Below are positions 19,869 through 29,875 of a DNA stretch of 64,000 nucleotides, in pieces. Origin of the DNA: an uncultured Chloroflexia bacterium (lineage in GTDB: Bacteria; Chloroflexota; Limnocylindria; Limnocylindrales; CSP1-4). The notes below the pieces were generated by a model. That model searched no databases, was not told where the DNA came from, and saw nothing but the letters and a program-made list of their open reading frames with translations. The position numbers and the translations under genes were made by a program. The stretch is taken from positions 64,001-128,000 of the forward strand of contig CAVQJC010000002.1 of assembly GCA_963712745.1 (NCBI GenBank), in the 5' to 3' direction. Numbering within the stretch: position 1 is the first letter of the stretch; every line of letters begins with the position of its first letter.

Positions 19869-20998
19869 GCTGGCTCGGCCACGAGCTCAGAGCGGGCAGC
19901 CAGCTCCGCCCGCAGCGACAGGTACGCGGCGTGCGACCACAAGAGCGGGCGTGCCGACTCACCCCAGAGCTCGCGCCACTCGTCGATGCGGTCCGGGGCG
20001 AGAGCATGGCTGGCTACCTGTTCAGGCAGTCGCCCGTGCGCATCGGCCTGTGCCTCGATCCAGCGCAGCGCCGCCGTCGCGGCCTCGAGGTCACCGGGCT
20101 GACCCCGCCTCAGGAGCACTCGTCCGTAGGCCGAAGTGAGCACCGGCCAGGCTCCGCCACCGTAGTACGTATCGGAGAGGTACCGGTGTACGCCGGGCCC
20201 ATCGCTGACGATCTCAACGTCGATGCGCTGCAACGTGGCTGCGAAGCGCGGCTCCGTCGCGAGCACCGAGTCGTAGGGGGCCGCCATCCACAGCAAGCTG
20301 CCGTCCACCTCGCTGTTGCCGACCCACTTGGTGAAGGCGCCATCGACCACCGACATCCGGCCCTCGATCTCGTCACGCAAGCGCCTGATGGCCGGGGCCG
20401 CCGAGAGGGAAGGCTCGATCGAGACGGCCGCCTCGATGCCCGCGCGGATGGCGGCCAGGGTGCTGGTATGGACGTGCTCGGGGAACTCCTCCCAGGCATC
20501 GGCACAGGGCACCATCCAGAGGTCTCCCAGGTAGCCGGCCGTGATGACGACCGCTTCGCGCAGCTCGGTGTCCAGATGCCCGCCGTGACGGAGATGGTGG
20601 GCCAGGCTCCAGAGCCAGATGCCGGGCCCGTCGAGCTGGAAATTCGGCCAGTCGGTAGTGTCATCCGCCGGCTGGCCGTCAGCGTCGTAGCGGCAGTGCA
20701 GATAGTCGGCCGCGTCCGGGATCCGTCCTGCCTGTGCCGCCGCCCGAGCGCGAGCGAGACCGGGCGCCGTGGAGATCACTACCCGGGCCACCCACTGGTG
20801 GAACCGTGCGGCCCATTCGAGACGACCGACATGGTCCAGCGCCTCGGCGATGAACGAGCCATCGCGGAACCACGAGTAGCCGTACTGGCTGAAGGTCGGT
20901 CCGGCCAGGAACGCCCCGCTCGAGGCCTGGCTCGAGCCGATGACCTCGAGGCTGGCGGCTACGAGGTCGCGGCCGGAAGACGTGCCTGGTCCTGTCAT
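19865..20998 (-). CDS. Glycoside hydrolase family 15 (glucoamylase/glucodextranase-like)
   Basis: YSWFRDG, QLDG, DAWEE, DTYYGGGAW, LPEQ and PLLWSHA motifs. Confidence 0.88.
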   Translation of the reverse strand: MTGPGTSSGRDLVAASLEVIGSSQASSGAFLAGPTFSQYGYSWFRDGSFIAEALDHVGRLEWAARFHQWVARVVISTAPGLARARAAAQAGRIPDAADYLHCRYDADGQPADDTTDWPNFQLDGPGIWLWSLAHHLRHGGHLDTELREAVVITAGYLGDLWMVPCADAWEEFPEHVHTSTLAAIRAGIEAAVSIEPSLSAAPAIRRLRDEIEGRMSVVDGAFTKWVGNSEVDGSLLWMAAPYDSVLATEPRFAATLQRIDVEIVSDGPGVHRYLSDTYYGGGAWPVLTSAYGRVLLRRGQPGDLEAATAALRWIEAQADAHGRLPEQVASHALAPDRIDEWRELWGESARPLLWSHAAYLSLRAELAARSELVAEPA

Positions 20999-21002
20999 GT
21001 CG

Positions 21003-21845
21003 TCACCCCTTGGTCGCGCCCACGAAGGCACCGCTGACGAACTGCCGCTGGAGCGCGATGAACAGGACCAGCACCGGCGCGAGGGCGATGAGCGAGGCGG
21101 CGAAGACGAGGCCCCACTCGGTCGACTGTGCGCGCTGCAGCATGCGGATACCGATGGGCAGCGTATACAACTCCCGGTCGGCAAGGATCGTGATGGCCCA
21201 CGTGAACTCGTCCCAGGCCGCCAGCCAGCTGAAGATGGTCACTGTGGCGAGGCCCGGTTTCGACAGCGGCAGGGCGATAGAGCGGAATGCCCGCCACGGC
21301 CCGGCTCCGTCGACCGACGCGGAGTCGAAGAGCGCCTGGGGCATGGCCGCATAGAAGCCACGGAGCAGGAACGTGTTGAGCCCGAGGTTCATGACCGAGT
21401 AGACCACGATGAGCCCCCAGAGGCTGTTGAGCAGCCCGAGGTCGCGCGCGAGCATGAACTGCGGGATGAGCAGGAGCATGCCCGGCACCATCATCGTGAA
21501 CAGCAGCGCGCCGAAGAGCAGTCGGCTGCCCGCGAAGCGATAGCGAGCGAAAGCGAAGCCCAGCATCGCCGCAAGCGAGACCGAGATGGCTGTGCTGGTG
21601 ACAGTCACGACCACACTGTTGACGAAGAAGCGGGCGAAGTCCCCGCTGTTCCAGGCGCGCGCGAAGTTGTCGAGCGTCGGCTCCTGGGGGATGAGTTGTG
21701 GCGGGATCTCCAGCACGTAGGCATGGGGTTTGAAGGCAGTGCTCACCATCAGCACGAAGGGCGCGATCATGAGCAGGCCGAAGGCCAGGGCCAGGCTGAA
21801 CGAGACCCAGCGCTGCAGCCGGGCTCGCCGGTATCCGCCGATCAT
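21003..21845 (-). CDS. Carbohydrate ABC transporter permease (MalG-like)
   Basis: About six TM segments; EAA-like DSASVDGAG motif. Confidence 0.92.
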   Translation of the reverse strand: MIGGYRRARLQRWVSFSLALAFGLLMIAPFVLMVSTAFKPHAYVLEIPPQLIPQEPTLDNFARAWNSGDFARFFVNSVVVTVTSTAISVSLAAMLGFAFARYRFAGSRLLFGALLFTMMVPGMLLLIPQFMLARDLGLLNSLWGLIVVYSVMNLGLNTFLLRGFYAAMPQALFDSASVDGAGPWRAFRSIALPLSKPGLATVTIFSWLAAWDEFTWAITILADRELYTLPIGIRMLQRAQSTEWGLVFAASLIALAPVLVLFIALQRQFVSGAFVGATKG

Positions 21846-22822
21846 GTCTGCTCCTGCTGGCGGGCGAAGCGGAACTCGACGACGCTGATGGCGGCTACCA
21901 CTGCAGCGATCATGAACGAGAGCGCCGCACCGTAAGCCAGGTCGATCTCCTGGAAGGCCTGCTTCCAGGTGTAGGTGAGCACGACCTCCGTGCTGTTCAG
22001 GGGCCCGCCCAGCTGACCGACCGCGGCGGTCGACATGACGAAGATGCTGATGAAGGCGCTGAAACCACCGATAGTCAGCACGATCAGCAGGAATGTGGTC
22101 GTCGCGCGCAGGAAGGGGATGGTCACGTTGCGGAAGCGGGCCCAGGTGCCGGCGCCGTCGATGGCGGCCGCCTCGTGCAGCTCATGCGGTACGCCCTGCA
22201 GCCCGGCGAGGTAGACGACCATCGTCCAGCCGATGCCCTTCCACACGCCCAGGATGGCGATGGCCCACAGCGCGGTCGCCGGCTCGGCCAGCCAGGCCAC
22301 GTTCTTGTCGATGATCCCGAGCACGTCCTTGAGCAGCCAGTTCAACACGCCCGACTGGCCGTTGTAGAGCCACACGAAGATGAGCGAGACGATGACCCAG
22401 CTGGTGATCACCGGCAGGTAGTAGACCAGTCGGAAGACCGACCGCCCGTGGATCTTCTCGTTGAGCAGCAGCGCCGCACCCAGCCCGAGGACCAGCTGGC
22501 CGGCAACGGTCACGACGGTGTAGCCGACAGTAGCGCTCAGCGCTCGCCAGAACAGCGGGTCATGGAGGGCACGGACGTAGTTGTCGAGCCCGACGAAGGA
22601 GGAGTCGCCGCGCAGCTTCCAGTCGGTGAAGCTCATCACGAACGATTCCAGGACCGGGATCAGCGCCCAGGTGGCGAAGAGCAGCAGACCCGGCAGGATG
22701 AGCCCGTAGATGGGGAGCAGTCGCCGCAAACGACTGCTCCACGGTTCCACGAGCACGGTGCCCGTGGGAGGAGGGTCGGGTCGCCGCCCCAGCGTCATCA
22801 CGGAGCGGCGACTCATCCCCAT
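21842..22822 (-). CDS. Carbohydrate ABC transporter permease (MalF-like)
   Basis: FVGLDNY and EAAAIDGAG motifs. Confidence 0.92.
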   Translation of the reverse strand: MGMSRRSVMTLGRRPDPPPTGTVLVEPWSSRLRRLLPIYGLILPGLLLFATWALIPVLESFVMSFTDWKLRGDSSFVGLDNYVRALHDPLFWRALSATVGYTVVTVAGQLVLGLGAALLLNEKIHGRSVFRLVYYLPVITSWVIVSLIFVWLYNGQSGVLNWLLKDVLGIIDKNVAWLAEPATALWAIAILGVWKGIGWTMVVYLAGLQGVPHELHEAAAIDGAGTWARFRNVTIPFLRATTTFLLIVLTIGGFSAFISIFVMSTAAVGQLGGPLNSTEVVLTYTWKQAFQEIDLAYGAALSFMIAAVVAAISVVEFRFARQQEQT

Positions 22823-22855
22823 ATCGGTCGAAGACTACGCGCGTGCGCTCGAGAC

Positions 22856-24139
22856 CTACTGGGCCAGCAGGCCGTCGACGATGCCGGCAGCCTCGGCGAG
22901 TGCTGCCTGGACCTCCATATCGCCACGCAGAGCCTTCAGCACGGCATTACCGATGGCCTCGTCGATCTTCGGCCACGAGGGGACAGGGGTTCGTGCGTTG
23001 CCGTTCTCAAGCTGCTCCATGAAGGTGGGGTAGTAGTCGGGCAGGTCCGGATGGCCGACGAGGCTGGAGAGCACCGGCATCTGGCCGACCTTGCCCATGG
23101 CCAGCTGGGATTCCTCGGAGAGCATGTGGCGGACAAAGGCCAGCGCGGCGTCCTTGTTCTCTGTCGTGTTGAAGACCACGATGTCCTCGCCGCCGACGAC
23201 CGACTGACTGCCAGCCGGCCCGGCGGGCACCGGGGTGAAGCTGAAGCCGAGTTCCGGGAACTGGTTGCTGAAGATGCTCGGCATCCAGGGGCCCTCCAAG
23301 ACGGTAGCGGTCTGGCCGTTCCCGAACTGGTCGGATGTGTTGGTGCCACCCCCGAGGATGCTTGGGCTCATGTAGCCCTTGTCGAGCCAGTCCTTGAGCA
23401 TCGCCACGGCCGCCACGGTGCCCTCACCATCTAGGTACCCGCTGGCCGTGGTCAGATCTGCGTCGGTGACCGACCCGCCCATGGTCCAGATCCAGGGCAG
23501 GACACTCCACGCGCCGGTGCCACCTTCGGCATAGCCGTAGACGCCCTCGCCCTGTGTCTCGGCGACGGTCGCCAGCATGGCCTCGAAGTCCTCGATGGTA
23601 GTCGGCATCTCGCTGATGCCGGCAGCTTCGAGGACGGCGTCATTGGTGAAGATGATGCGGGTGTTGGTATCAAGGGGCAGCCCGTAGTAGTGGTCACCCC
23701 ATCTGTTCGTCGAGAGTGGGCCGGGGAACACCGCCTCACTCAGTTCGGCGAAGTCGGGCATCTCCTCGTCGAGCGCGAGCAACACGTCCTGATCGGCGAA
23801 CTCCGGCACCCAGATGATGTCCGAGCGGAGGACGTCGGGGAGCACGCCACCAGCCAGACCGGTGATGAGCTTCTGGCGCAGATCGTTGTAGGGGATCTCC
23901 TGGGTCTCGACGGTGACGTTCGGGTACATCTCCTGGAACGCCGGCAAGACCTCATCGCGGAACGTGGTGATCTCGTCGCCGTCCGCGCCGTAGCCGTTCC
24001 AGAACACGACGGTGCCGCTGACGGACTCGTCTGGCGCCATCGCGTCGTCCTGGGCGAGAGCGAGGCCGCTGAAGGCCAGCGACAGAGCTGCGGGCAATGC
24101 CACGAGAGCGGTCAGCCGCTTCCGGTCGATCACATCCAT
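22856..24139 (-). CDS. Carbohydrate ABC transporter substrate-binding protein
   Basis: Signal peptide; PDVLRSD, YGLPLDTN and EGPW motifs (SBP family 1). Confidence 0.92.
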   Translation of the reverse strand: MDVIDRKRLTALVALPAALSLAFSGLALAQDDAMAPDESVSGTVVFWNGYGADGDEITTFRDEVLPAFQEMYPNVTVETQEIPYNDLRQKLITGLAGGVLPDVLRSDIIWVPEFADQDVLLALDEEMPDFAELSEAVFPGPLSTNRWGDHYYGLPLDTNTRIIFTNDAVLEAAGISEMPTTIEDFEAMLATVAETQGEGVYGYAEGGTGAWSVLPWIWTMGGSVTDADLTTASGYLDGEGTVAAVAMLKDWLDKGYMSPSILGGGTNTSDQFGNGQTATVLEGPWMPSIFSNQFPELGFSFTPVPAGPAGSQSVVGGEDIVVFNTTENKDAALAFVRHMLSEESQLAMGKVGQMPVLSSLVGHPDLPDYYPTFMEQLENGNARTPVPSWPKIDEAIGNAVLKALRGDMEVQAALAEAAGIVDGLLAQ

Positions 24140-24157
24140 GGTGTTCTCCTCCTTGGC

Positions 24158-25399
24158 CTACGAGGCCGCTGCTGGTGAGGGTTCGCCCCTCGCGTTGGTC
24201 TGGCCACCGGCGGGCAGTCGTTCGCCGCGCAGGTGGGCCGGTGTGAAGAGCTCGCGCAGGACCAGGCTGGCCGCTCCGCGTGCCCACGCTTCGTCGCCCC
24301 ACGGCTCGAAGACGAGGTCGGGCTCGACTTCGGGCAGGAGGCCCTGGTGGATCCCGTCGCGGATCCCATCGAGATAGTTGTGGCCCAGTCGGACACCCTC
24401 GCCTGAGACCACGACACGCTGTGGGTCGAGCAGTGTGATGGCGTTCGCGACCGACCGGCCGACCAGCCGTCCGGCTCGGCTGAGGAGGCCAGCGATGCCG
24501 GCGTCGCCGTCAGCGGCCGTCGCCAGCTCGCCGGGTGGGATGACCTGTCCGGTCGACGCGAGGACGTCGCGCACGATCGCCGGCTCGGCCGCTTCCGCCT
24601 CGAGACAGCCGCGTTTGCCGCACCAGCACTCGTGCCCGTCAGCCACCACCTCCACATGGCCGATCTCGCCGAGCGCGCCGCGGGCGCCACGAGCGATGGC
24701 GCCGTCGATTACCACACCCATGCCGATACCGCGACCGACGGAGATGACCAAGAGGTAGTCGCAGCCACGTCCGGCGCCGTAGAGATGCTCGGCGACGGTC
24801 AGGGTGTTGACGTCGTTGTCGATGAGAACCGGCACGCCGAGTCGCGACTCGAGCGTGGCCGCGAGATCCCAGCCGACCCAATCGGGCAGCGGCGAGCGAC
24901 TCGCGTCGCCGGTCGCGGGGTCGATGGCTCCGGGCATCCCTACACCCATGCCGAGCGGCCGTTCGCCGACCAGTCCGGCCTCACGTTCCAGCTGCTGCAG
25001 GGCCAGGCGGAGCAATCCGACGATCTCGTCGAGCGAAGCCTGCGAGCGGTGCGGCAGCGAGACCATGGCCTGCGGCTGGGCATCGAGGTCGGTGATCGTG
25101 GCGGTCAGCGACTCAGGGGCAAGCTTGACGCCCACGACGTGGCGAGCAGCGGGATCGACCCGCAGGAGCGTCGCCGGACGGCCGACGGACCCGCTACGGT
25201 CGCGGTCGCGCGAGCCTGGTCCCTCCTCCACCAGCAGCTCGTCTGCGAGGAGCGAGGCCGTGATGGAGGTGACCGTCGAGGGGCTGAGCCCAGTGATGCG
25301 AGCGATGTCAGCACGCGAGATGGCACGGCGCTCGCGCACGAGATTCAGGACGAGGGCACGGTTCAGGTCGCGAATCAGTTCGCGTCGTCCGGTTCGCAT
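24158..25399 (-). CDS. ROK family transcriptional regulator
   Basis: N-terminal HTH (ISRADIARITGLSPSTVT), IDNDVN, GEIGH and CWCGKRGCLE motifs. Confidence 0.92.
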   Translation of the reverse strand: MRTGRRELIRDLNRALVLNLVRERRAISRADIARITGLSPSTVTSITASLLADELLVEEGPGSRDRDRSGSVGRPATLLRVDPAARHVVGVKLAPESLTATITDLDAQPQAMVSLPHRSQASLDEIVGLLRLALQQLEREAGLVGERPLGMGVGMPGAIDPATGDASRSPLPDWVGWDLAATLESRLGVPVLIDNDVNTLTVAEHLYGAGRGCDYLLVISVGRGIGMGVVIDGAIARGARGALGEIGHVEVVADGHECWCGKRGCLEAEAAEPAIVRDVLASTGQVIPPGELATAADGDAGIAGLLSRAGRLVGRSVANAITLLDPQRVVVSGEGVRLGHNYLDGIRDGIHQGLLPEVEPDLVFEPWGDEAWARGAASLVLRELFTPAHLRGERLPAGGQTNARGEPSPAAAS

Positions 25400-25427
25400 C
25401 TGCCCTGGTAGCCCTCCACGGCACCTA

Positions 25428-25480
25428 TTCATTCGGTCGTCGAACGAAATAATCGTACCAAGGGCGGGAAGCCGTGTCCA
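25428..25480 (-). promoter_or_regulatory. Sigma70-type promoter with adjacent candidate ROK operator
   Basis: Minus strand TGGACA (25480-25475), 17 bp spacer, TACGAT (25457-25452, preceded by TG). Inverted repeat TTCATTCG-N5-CGAACGAA at 25428-25448 covers the expected start site. Confidence 0.6.
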
Positions 25481-25548
25481 GTGATCGAGGCAGCGGTCGC
25501 CCCCGCGAGCACGGAGGAGGCGATCGCATGGCCTGGCTTCTTCTCGGG

Positions 25549-26120
25549 TTCTCGCGCAGCGGGCCACCTCGACCGCGCGTGGTCGGCGTGCTGCGTCCAG
25601 CAGGACAGATGCGCACGGTCTTCCCGCTGAGCGAGACGCTGTGACGATCTATGCCGCCAGGCGCGAAGGATCGGGCCGGGAGCACGTCCCGAGGGTCGCG
25701 GGGGCGCGATGCACCTCGCGTTGGCCCGCTGAACGGGAGCGTCCCCAAGCCGACCCGGCGGACCCCCGGTCGCATCAGCCCTGGCCGACCGGCGGACCCC
25801 GGCAATTCCCGGATACCGGGCCGCTTCGGCCCAGTCCGCCATCAGGCCGATCGGACCCGAACCGTCACTGGGCCCAAGGCAGGCGCCGAGCGCACCGAGC
25901 ATCGCCGATGCCGGCTCTGCTGACCGTCTTCCCGCTGAGCGGGCCAACTCGACCGCAGATGCACGGGATGACGTGTCCAGCAGGTCAGATGCGTCGGCCC
26001 TTGCCGCTCAGCGGGACATCGTGTCGATTCCTGCCGCGACGCGGCGAGGATGGGACCGTCGGTACCTTCCGGGTGTGGTCGAGGGTGCGGAGCACGTCGC
26101 GTTGTCCCGCTGAACGAGAA
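25549..26120. repeat. Intergenic cluster of about 6 CCCGCTSARCGGG-type palindromes in two diverged ~190-bp units
   Basis: Motifs at about 25550, 25622, 25725, 25930, 26004 and 26105. Flanks GGGCCA.CTCGACCGC and GTCCAGCAGG.CAGATGCG recur at about 380 bp spacing. Confidence 0.8.
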
Positions 26121-26221
26121 CGACCCACGACGGGCGCCGGCCGGCACCGGGCCCAGGGCGGGTCCCGGGCGGAACGGGGGCGGCGCGTTCCACCGGCAGC
26201 GCCGGGGTAGACTCGGCCCAC

Positions 26222-27241
26222 ATGTCTCTCGTCGCCCTCGACGGGCTCACCAAGCGCTTTCCTGGGGGCGTCACCGCGCTCGATGGACTGACGCTGACCA
26301 TCGAGCCGGGGATCGTCGGCCTCGTCGGCGCCAACGGCGCGGGCAAGTCGACGCTCATCAAGATCCTGCTCGGGCTGCTCGAGCCGACCAGCGGGTCTGC
26401 CCAGGTGCTCGACCTCGACGTGGCCACCCAGGGCCTGGCCATCCGCCAGCTGGTGGGCTACATGCCCGAGCACGACTGCCTGCCCAACGACATCTCGGCC
26501 AGCGACTTCGTCAATCACATGGCGCGCATGTCCGGCCTGCCGCGGGCCTCGGCTCGCGAGCGCACCGCCGAGGTGCTCCGCCACGTAGGCCTGTTCGAAG
26601 AACGGTACCGGCCGATGGGCGGCTACTCCACGGGCATGAAGCAGCGCGTCAAGTTGGCCCAGGCGCTGGTCCACGACCCGCGGCTGCTCTTCCTCGACGA
26701 GCCCACGAACGGGCTCGACCCGGCCGGTCGCGATGACATGCTGGACCTCATCGAGCGCACCGGCACAGAGTTCGGCATCGCCATCGTCATGGCCAGCCAC
26801 CTGCTGGGCGAGATCGAGCGCGTGGGCCAGTACCTGGTGGCCATCGACGCCGGGCGCCTGCTGCGCGCTGCAGAGCTGCACACCTTCACCCAGCGCACGG
26901 GCACGCTCATCGTCGAAGTGGACGACGGGCACGAGGCGCTGGCCGGCAAGCTGACCGAGGCCGGCCTGACCGCCGTGGTCGATGGCAGCCACGTGCTCGT
27001 CGAGCTGCGCGGCGACGAGACCCACGACCAGGTGCTCGACGCCGTCGTGGAGCTGGGCCTCGCGCTCATCCGCGTGCAGCCCCGGCGCAGCAGTCTCGAG
27101 GACCTGTTCCGCGACAGCAAGCCAGGCGACGACCCGATCGACGACAGCAAGCCGGGCGACGACAGCGACGACGAGGCGGACGCCGCCATCATCGGCCACG
27201 GTGACAACAAGACTGCCGGTCTCGGAGTTCCGCAGCCGTGA
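26222..27241 (+). CDS. ABC transporter ATP-binding protein (ABC-2 exporter)
   Basis: [17 protein letters not shown] and LDEPT motifs. Confidence 0.93.
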   Translation: MSLVALDGLTKRFPGGVTALDGLTLTIEPGIVGLVGANGAGKSTLIKILLGLLEPTSGSAQVLDLDVATQGLAIRQLVGYMPEHDCLPNDISASDFVNHMARMSGLPRASARERTAEVLRHVGLFEERYRPMGGYSTGMKQRVKLAQALVHDPRLLFLDEPTNGLDPAGRDDMLDLIERTGTEFGIAIVMASHLLGEIERVGQYLVAIDAGRLLRAAELHTFTQRTGTLIVEVDDGHEALAGKLTEAGLTAVVDGSHVLVELRGDETHDQVLDAVVELGLALIRVQPRRSSLEDLFRDSKPGDDPIDDSKPGDDSDDEADAAIIGHGDNKTAGLGVPQP

Positions 27242-28173
27242 CCGCCACACCCGCGGACCGTCGGCCCGAGGCCGGACGCGGCGGCTCCATCTACGACCTC
27301 GGCTATCGCGGCTACGAAGGCCCCCGCCTGGGGCGTCGAGCGGCTATCTGGGCGCTCCTGGCCCACAGCGTGCGCACGGCCTACGGTTTCGGCCGCAGCG
27401 CTCGCTCCAAGGTCATGCCGGTGGGCCTCGCGGTCATGGCGGTGCTGCCCTCGCTGCTGGCCCTGGGCATCCTCATGCTCATCTCCACCCTGGGCCCCCC
27501 GGGCGAGGCGCTCGAGGCCATCTCGCCGGTGCAGTACTCGACGCTCTTCCCCATGATCGCCACGCTCGTCTTCCTCTTCTGCGCCTCGCAGGCGCCGGAG
27601 CTCTTCGGCCGTGACCAACAGATGGGCGTCCTGCCGCTGTACTTCTCGCGAGCGGTCGGCCGCCTGGACTACGCCATCGCGCGCTTCCTGGGCCTGTTCC
27701 TCTCACTTCTGGTGCTGGTGCTGGTGCCCTACCTGCTGCTCCTGCTGGGGCGTGTGCTGGTGGCGCCGGACCTCTTCGACGGACTGGCCGACGAACTGCC
27801 CAGCGTGCCTACCGCGCTGATGGTGGGGTTCTCCATCGGCACGCTCGTGGGCAGCATCTCAGCAGCGGCAGCCTCACTGACACCACGTCGCTCCTACGCG
27901 ACCGTGGCCATCATCGCCGTCTTCCTCATCCCCAACATCGCCGCGGCCATGCTGGTGGGCCTCGAGGCCGGCATCGTCGGCCAGGTCGCCACGCTCCTCA
28001 GTCCAGCCGATGTGCTCGACGGCGTGAACGCCTTCCTCTTCGACGTGCCGGCGGAGAACATCACCGTGCGACGGGCCGGACTCGAGGGGTGGGCCTACGT
28101 CGTGGCCTCCATCGCCTGGATCGTGGGCTCGCTGGCCGTGCTGGCCCGACGCTACCTGCGGATGGCGCTATGA
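27238..28173 (+). CDS. ABC-2 type permease
   Basis: Multiple TM helices; LPLYFSR motif; translationally coupled. Confidence 0.85.
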   Translation: MTATPADRRPEAGRGGSIYDLGYRGYEGPRLGRRAAIWALLAHSVRTAYGFGRSARSKVMPVGLAVMAVLPSLLALGILMLISTLGPPGEALEAISPVQYSTLFPMIATLVFLFCASQAPELFGRDQQMGVLPLYFSRAVGRLDYAIARFLGLFLSLLVLVLVPYLLLLLGRVLVAPDLFDGLADELPSVPTALMVGFSIGTLVGSISAAAASLTPRRSYATVAIIAVFLIPNIAAAMLVGLEAGIVGQVATLLSPADVLDGVNAFLFDVPAENITVRRAGLEGWAYVVASIAWIVGSLAVLARRYLRMAL

Positions 28174-29099
28174 CCGGCAAGCGGACTCCCATCGCGATCT
28201 CGGTAGAGCACACTTCGCGCTGGTACGGCGACGTGGTCGCGGTGAACGACATCTCGTTCGAGATCGGCCCGGGCGTGACCGGCCTGCTCGGGCCCAACGG
28301 GGCGGGCAAGACGACGCTGCTGCACATGATCGCGGGACTCATGTCCCCCTCGGCCGGATCGGTGCTGGTTGGCGGCAAGCCCACCTGGCGGCGGCCGGCC
28401 GTGTACCGCCAGGTCGGCCTGGTGCCCGAGCGCGAAGCGGTCTACCCGTATCTGACGGGCCGCGAGTTCGTCCTGCTCAACGCCAAGCTGCACGGGCTCC
28501 CCGACACGGAGGCGGCAGTCGAGCGAGCCATCGAGCTGGTCGATCTGGGCCCTGCCGCCGATCGTCGCGTGGGCACCTACTCCAAGGGCATGCGTCAACG
28601 CATCAAGGTCGCGGCAGCGCTCGTGCACGACCCCTCGGTGCTGGTGCTCGACGAGCCCTTCAACGGCATGGACCCGCGCCAGCGGCTGCACATGTTCGAG
28701 CTGCTGCGCACGATGGCCGAGGAAGGCCGGACGGTCCTGCTCTCGTCGCACATCCTGGAGGAGGTCGAGCGCATCGCCGACTCCGTGCTCGTCATCTACG
28801 CGGGGCGGCTCGCCGCCTCGGGTGACTTCCGCTCCATCCGCCAGCTCATGACCGACCGGCCCCACGCCTTCTCCGTGCGCTCCTCGGACGACCGGCGCCT
28901 GGGCTCGATGCTGCTGGCGGAGACGTGCGTCTTTGGCGTCGAGCTCGATGCCAACGGTCTCAGGGTGCGGACGTCCGACTACGGAGAGTTCACCCGTCGC
29001 ATGCCGGTCGTGGTGCGCGACGCGAACATCCGCCTGTTCGAACTTCGGCCGACCGATGACTCGCTCGAATCGGTCTTCGCCTACCTGGTGGGCCGATGA
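28170..29099 (+). CDS. ABC transporter ATP-binding protein
   Basis: GPNGAGKTT, YSKGMRQR and LDEPF motifs; ATG overlaps the upstream stop. Confidence 0.93.
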   Translation: MTGKRTPIAISVEHTSRWYGDVVAVNDISFEIGPGVTGLLGPNGAGKTTLLHMIAGLMSPSAGSVLVGGKPTWRRPAVYRQVGLVPEREAVYPYLTGREFVLLNAKLHGLPDTEAAVERAIELVDLGPAADRRVGTYSKGMRQRIKVAAALVHDPSVLVLDEPFNGMDPRQRLHMFELLRTMAEEGRTVLLSSHILEEVERIADSVLVIYAGRLAASGDFRSIRQLMTDRPHAFSVRSSDDRRLGSMLLAETCVFGVELDANGLRVRTSDYGEFTRRMPVVVRDANIRLFELRPTDDSLESVFAYLVGR

Positions 29100-29821
29100 T
29101 CGGACGCTGGCCCATCGTGGCCCTCACGCTGCGGGCGCTGCTCGACCGCAAGCGCACCTGGCTGATGATCGGGCTCGCCGCCATGCCTGTGCTGTTGGTC
29201 GCGCTGGCGGTCGCGCTGGGCCCTGCCGAGATCGAGGCCGACGACTTCGACTCCATCATCATCGCCACCATCCTGCCGCTCATCGCGCTCGTCTTCGGCA
29301 CCTCGGCCATGGGTCCGGAGCTCGAAGAAGGCACCATCATCTACCTGCTCAGCAAGCCCATCCGGCGCCTCCGCCTGGTGACCGCCAAGTCGGTCGTGGC
29401 GGCAGCCTTGACGGCGGCCCTGGTCGCCCCGGCCACGCTGCTGGCCGGGCTCGTCGCCACGCTCGGTGGGAGCGATGTGGCGGGAGTAGCGGTCGCGTAT
29501 GCAGTGGCCGCAATGGCCGGTGGGGCTGCCTACGCGGTCGTGTTCCTGGCGGTCAGCACGTTCACCCGCTGGGCCCTCATCGTGGGCTTGCTCTACGTGC
29601 TGCTGTGGGAGGGCTTCCTGGCCGACCTGCTGCCCGGCACCAACACGTTCTCCATCCGGCAGGCCACCCTGGGCGTGGCCCGCGAACTCTCGGGCGAGCG
29701 CGTCCCCCCCGATGCCGCCACGCTCGAACAGGGCCTGCTGACCCTGACGCTGACCATCCTCGCTGCCCTCGCCGTGGCGACCTGGCGCATGTCGCGTTTC
29801 CAGCTCCGCGGAGGCGACTGA
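29096..29821 (+). CDS. ABC-2 type permease
   Basis: ELEEGTIIYLLSKPIRR motif; TM helices. Confidence 0.88.
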   Translation: MIGRWPIVALTLRALLDRKRTWLMIGLAAMPVLLVALAVALGPAEIEADDFDSIIIATILPLIALVFGTSAMGPELEEGTIIYLLSKPIRRLRLVTAKSVVAAALTAALVAPATLLAGLVATLGGSDVAGVAVAYAVAAMAGGAAYAVVFLAVSTFTRWALIVGLLYVLLWEGFLADLLPGTNTFSIRQATLGVARELSGERVPPDAATLEQGLLTLTLTILAALAVATWRMSRFQLRGGD

Positions 29822-29875
29822 TCCCCATCGCTGACCACCAGGCGCCGCCTGCGGGCTACCGAGCGGCGCCTGCGC

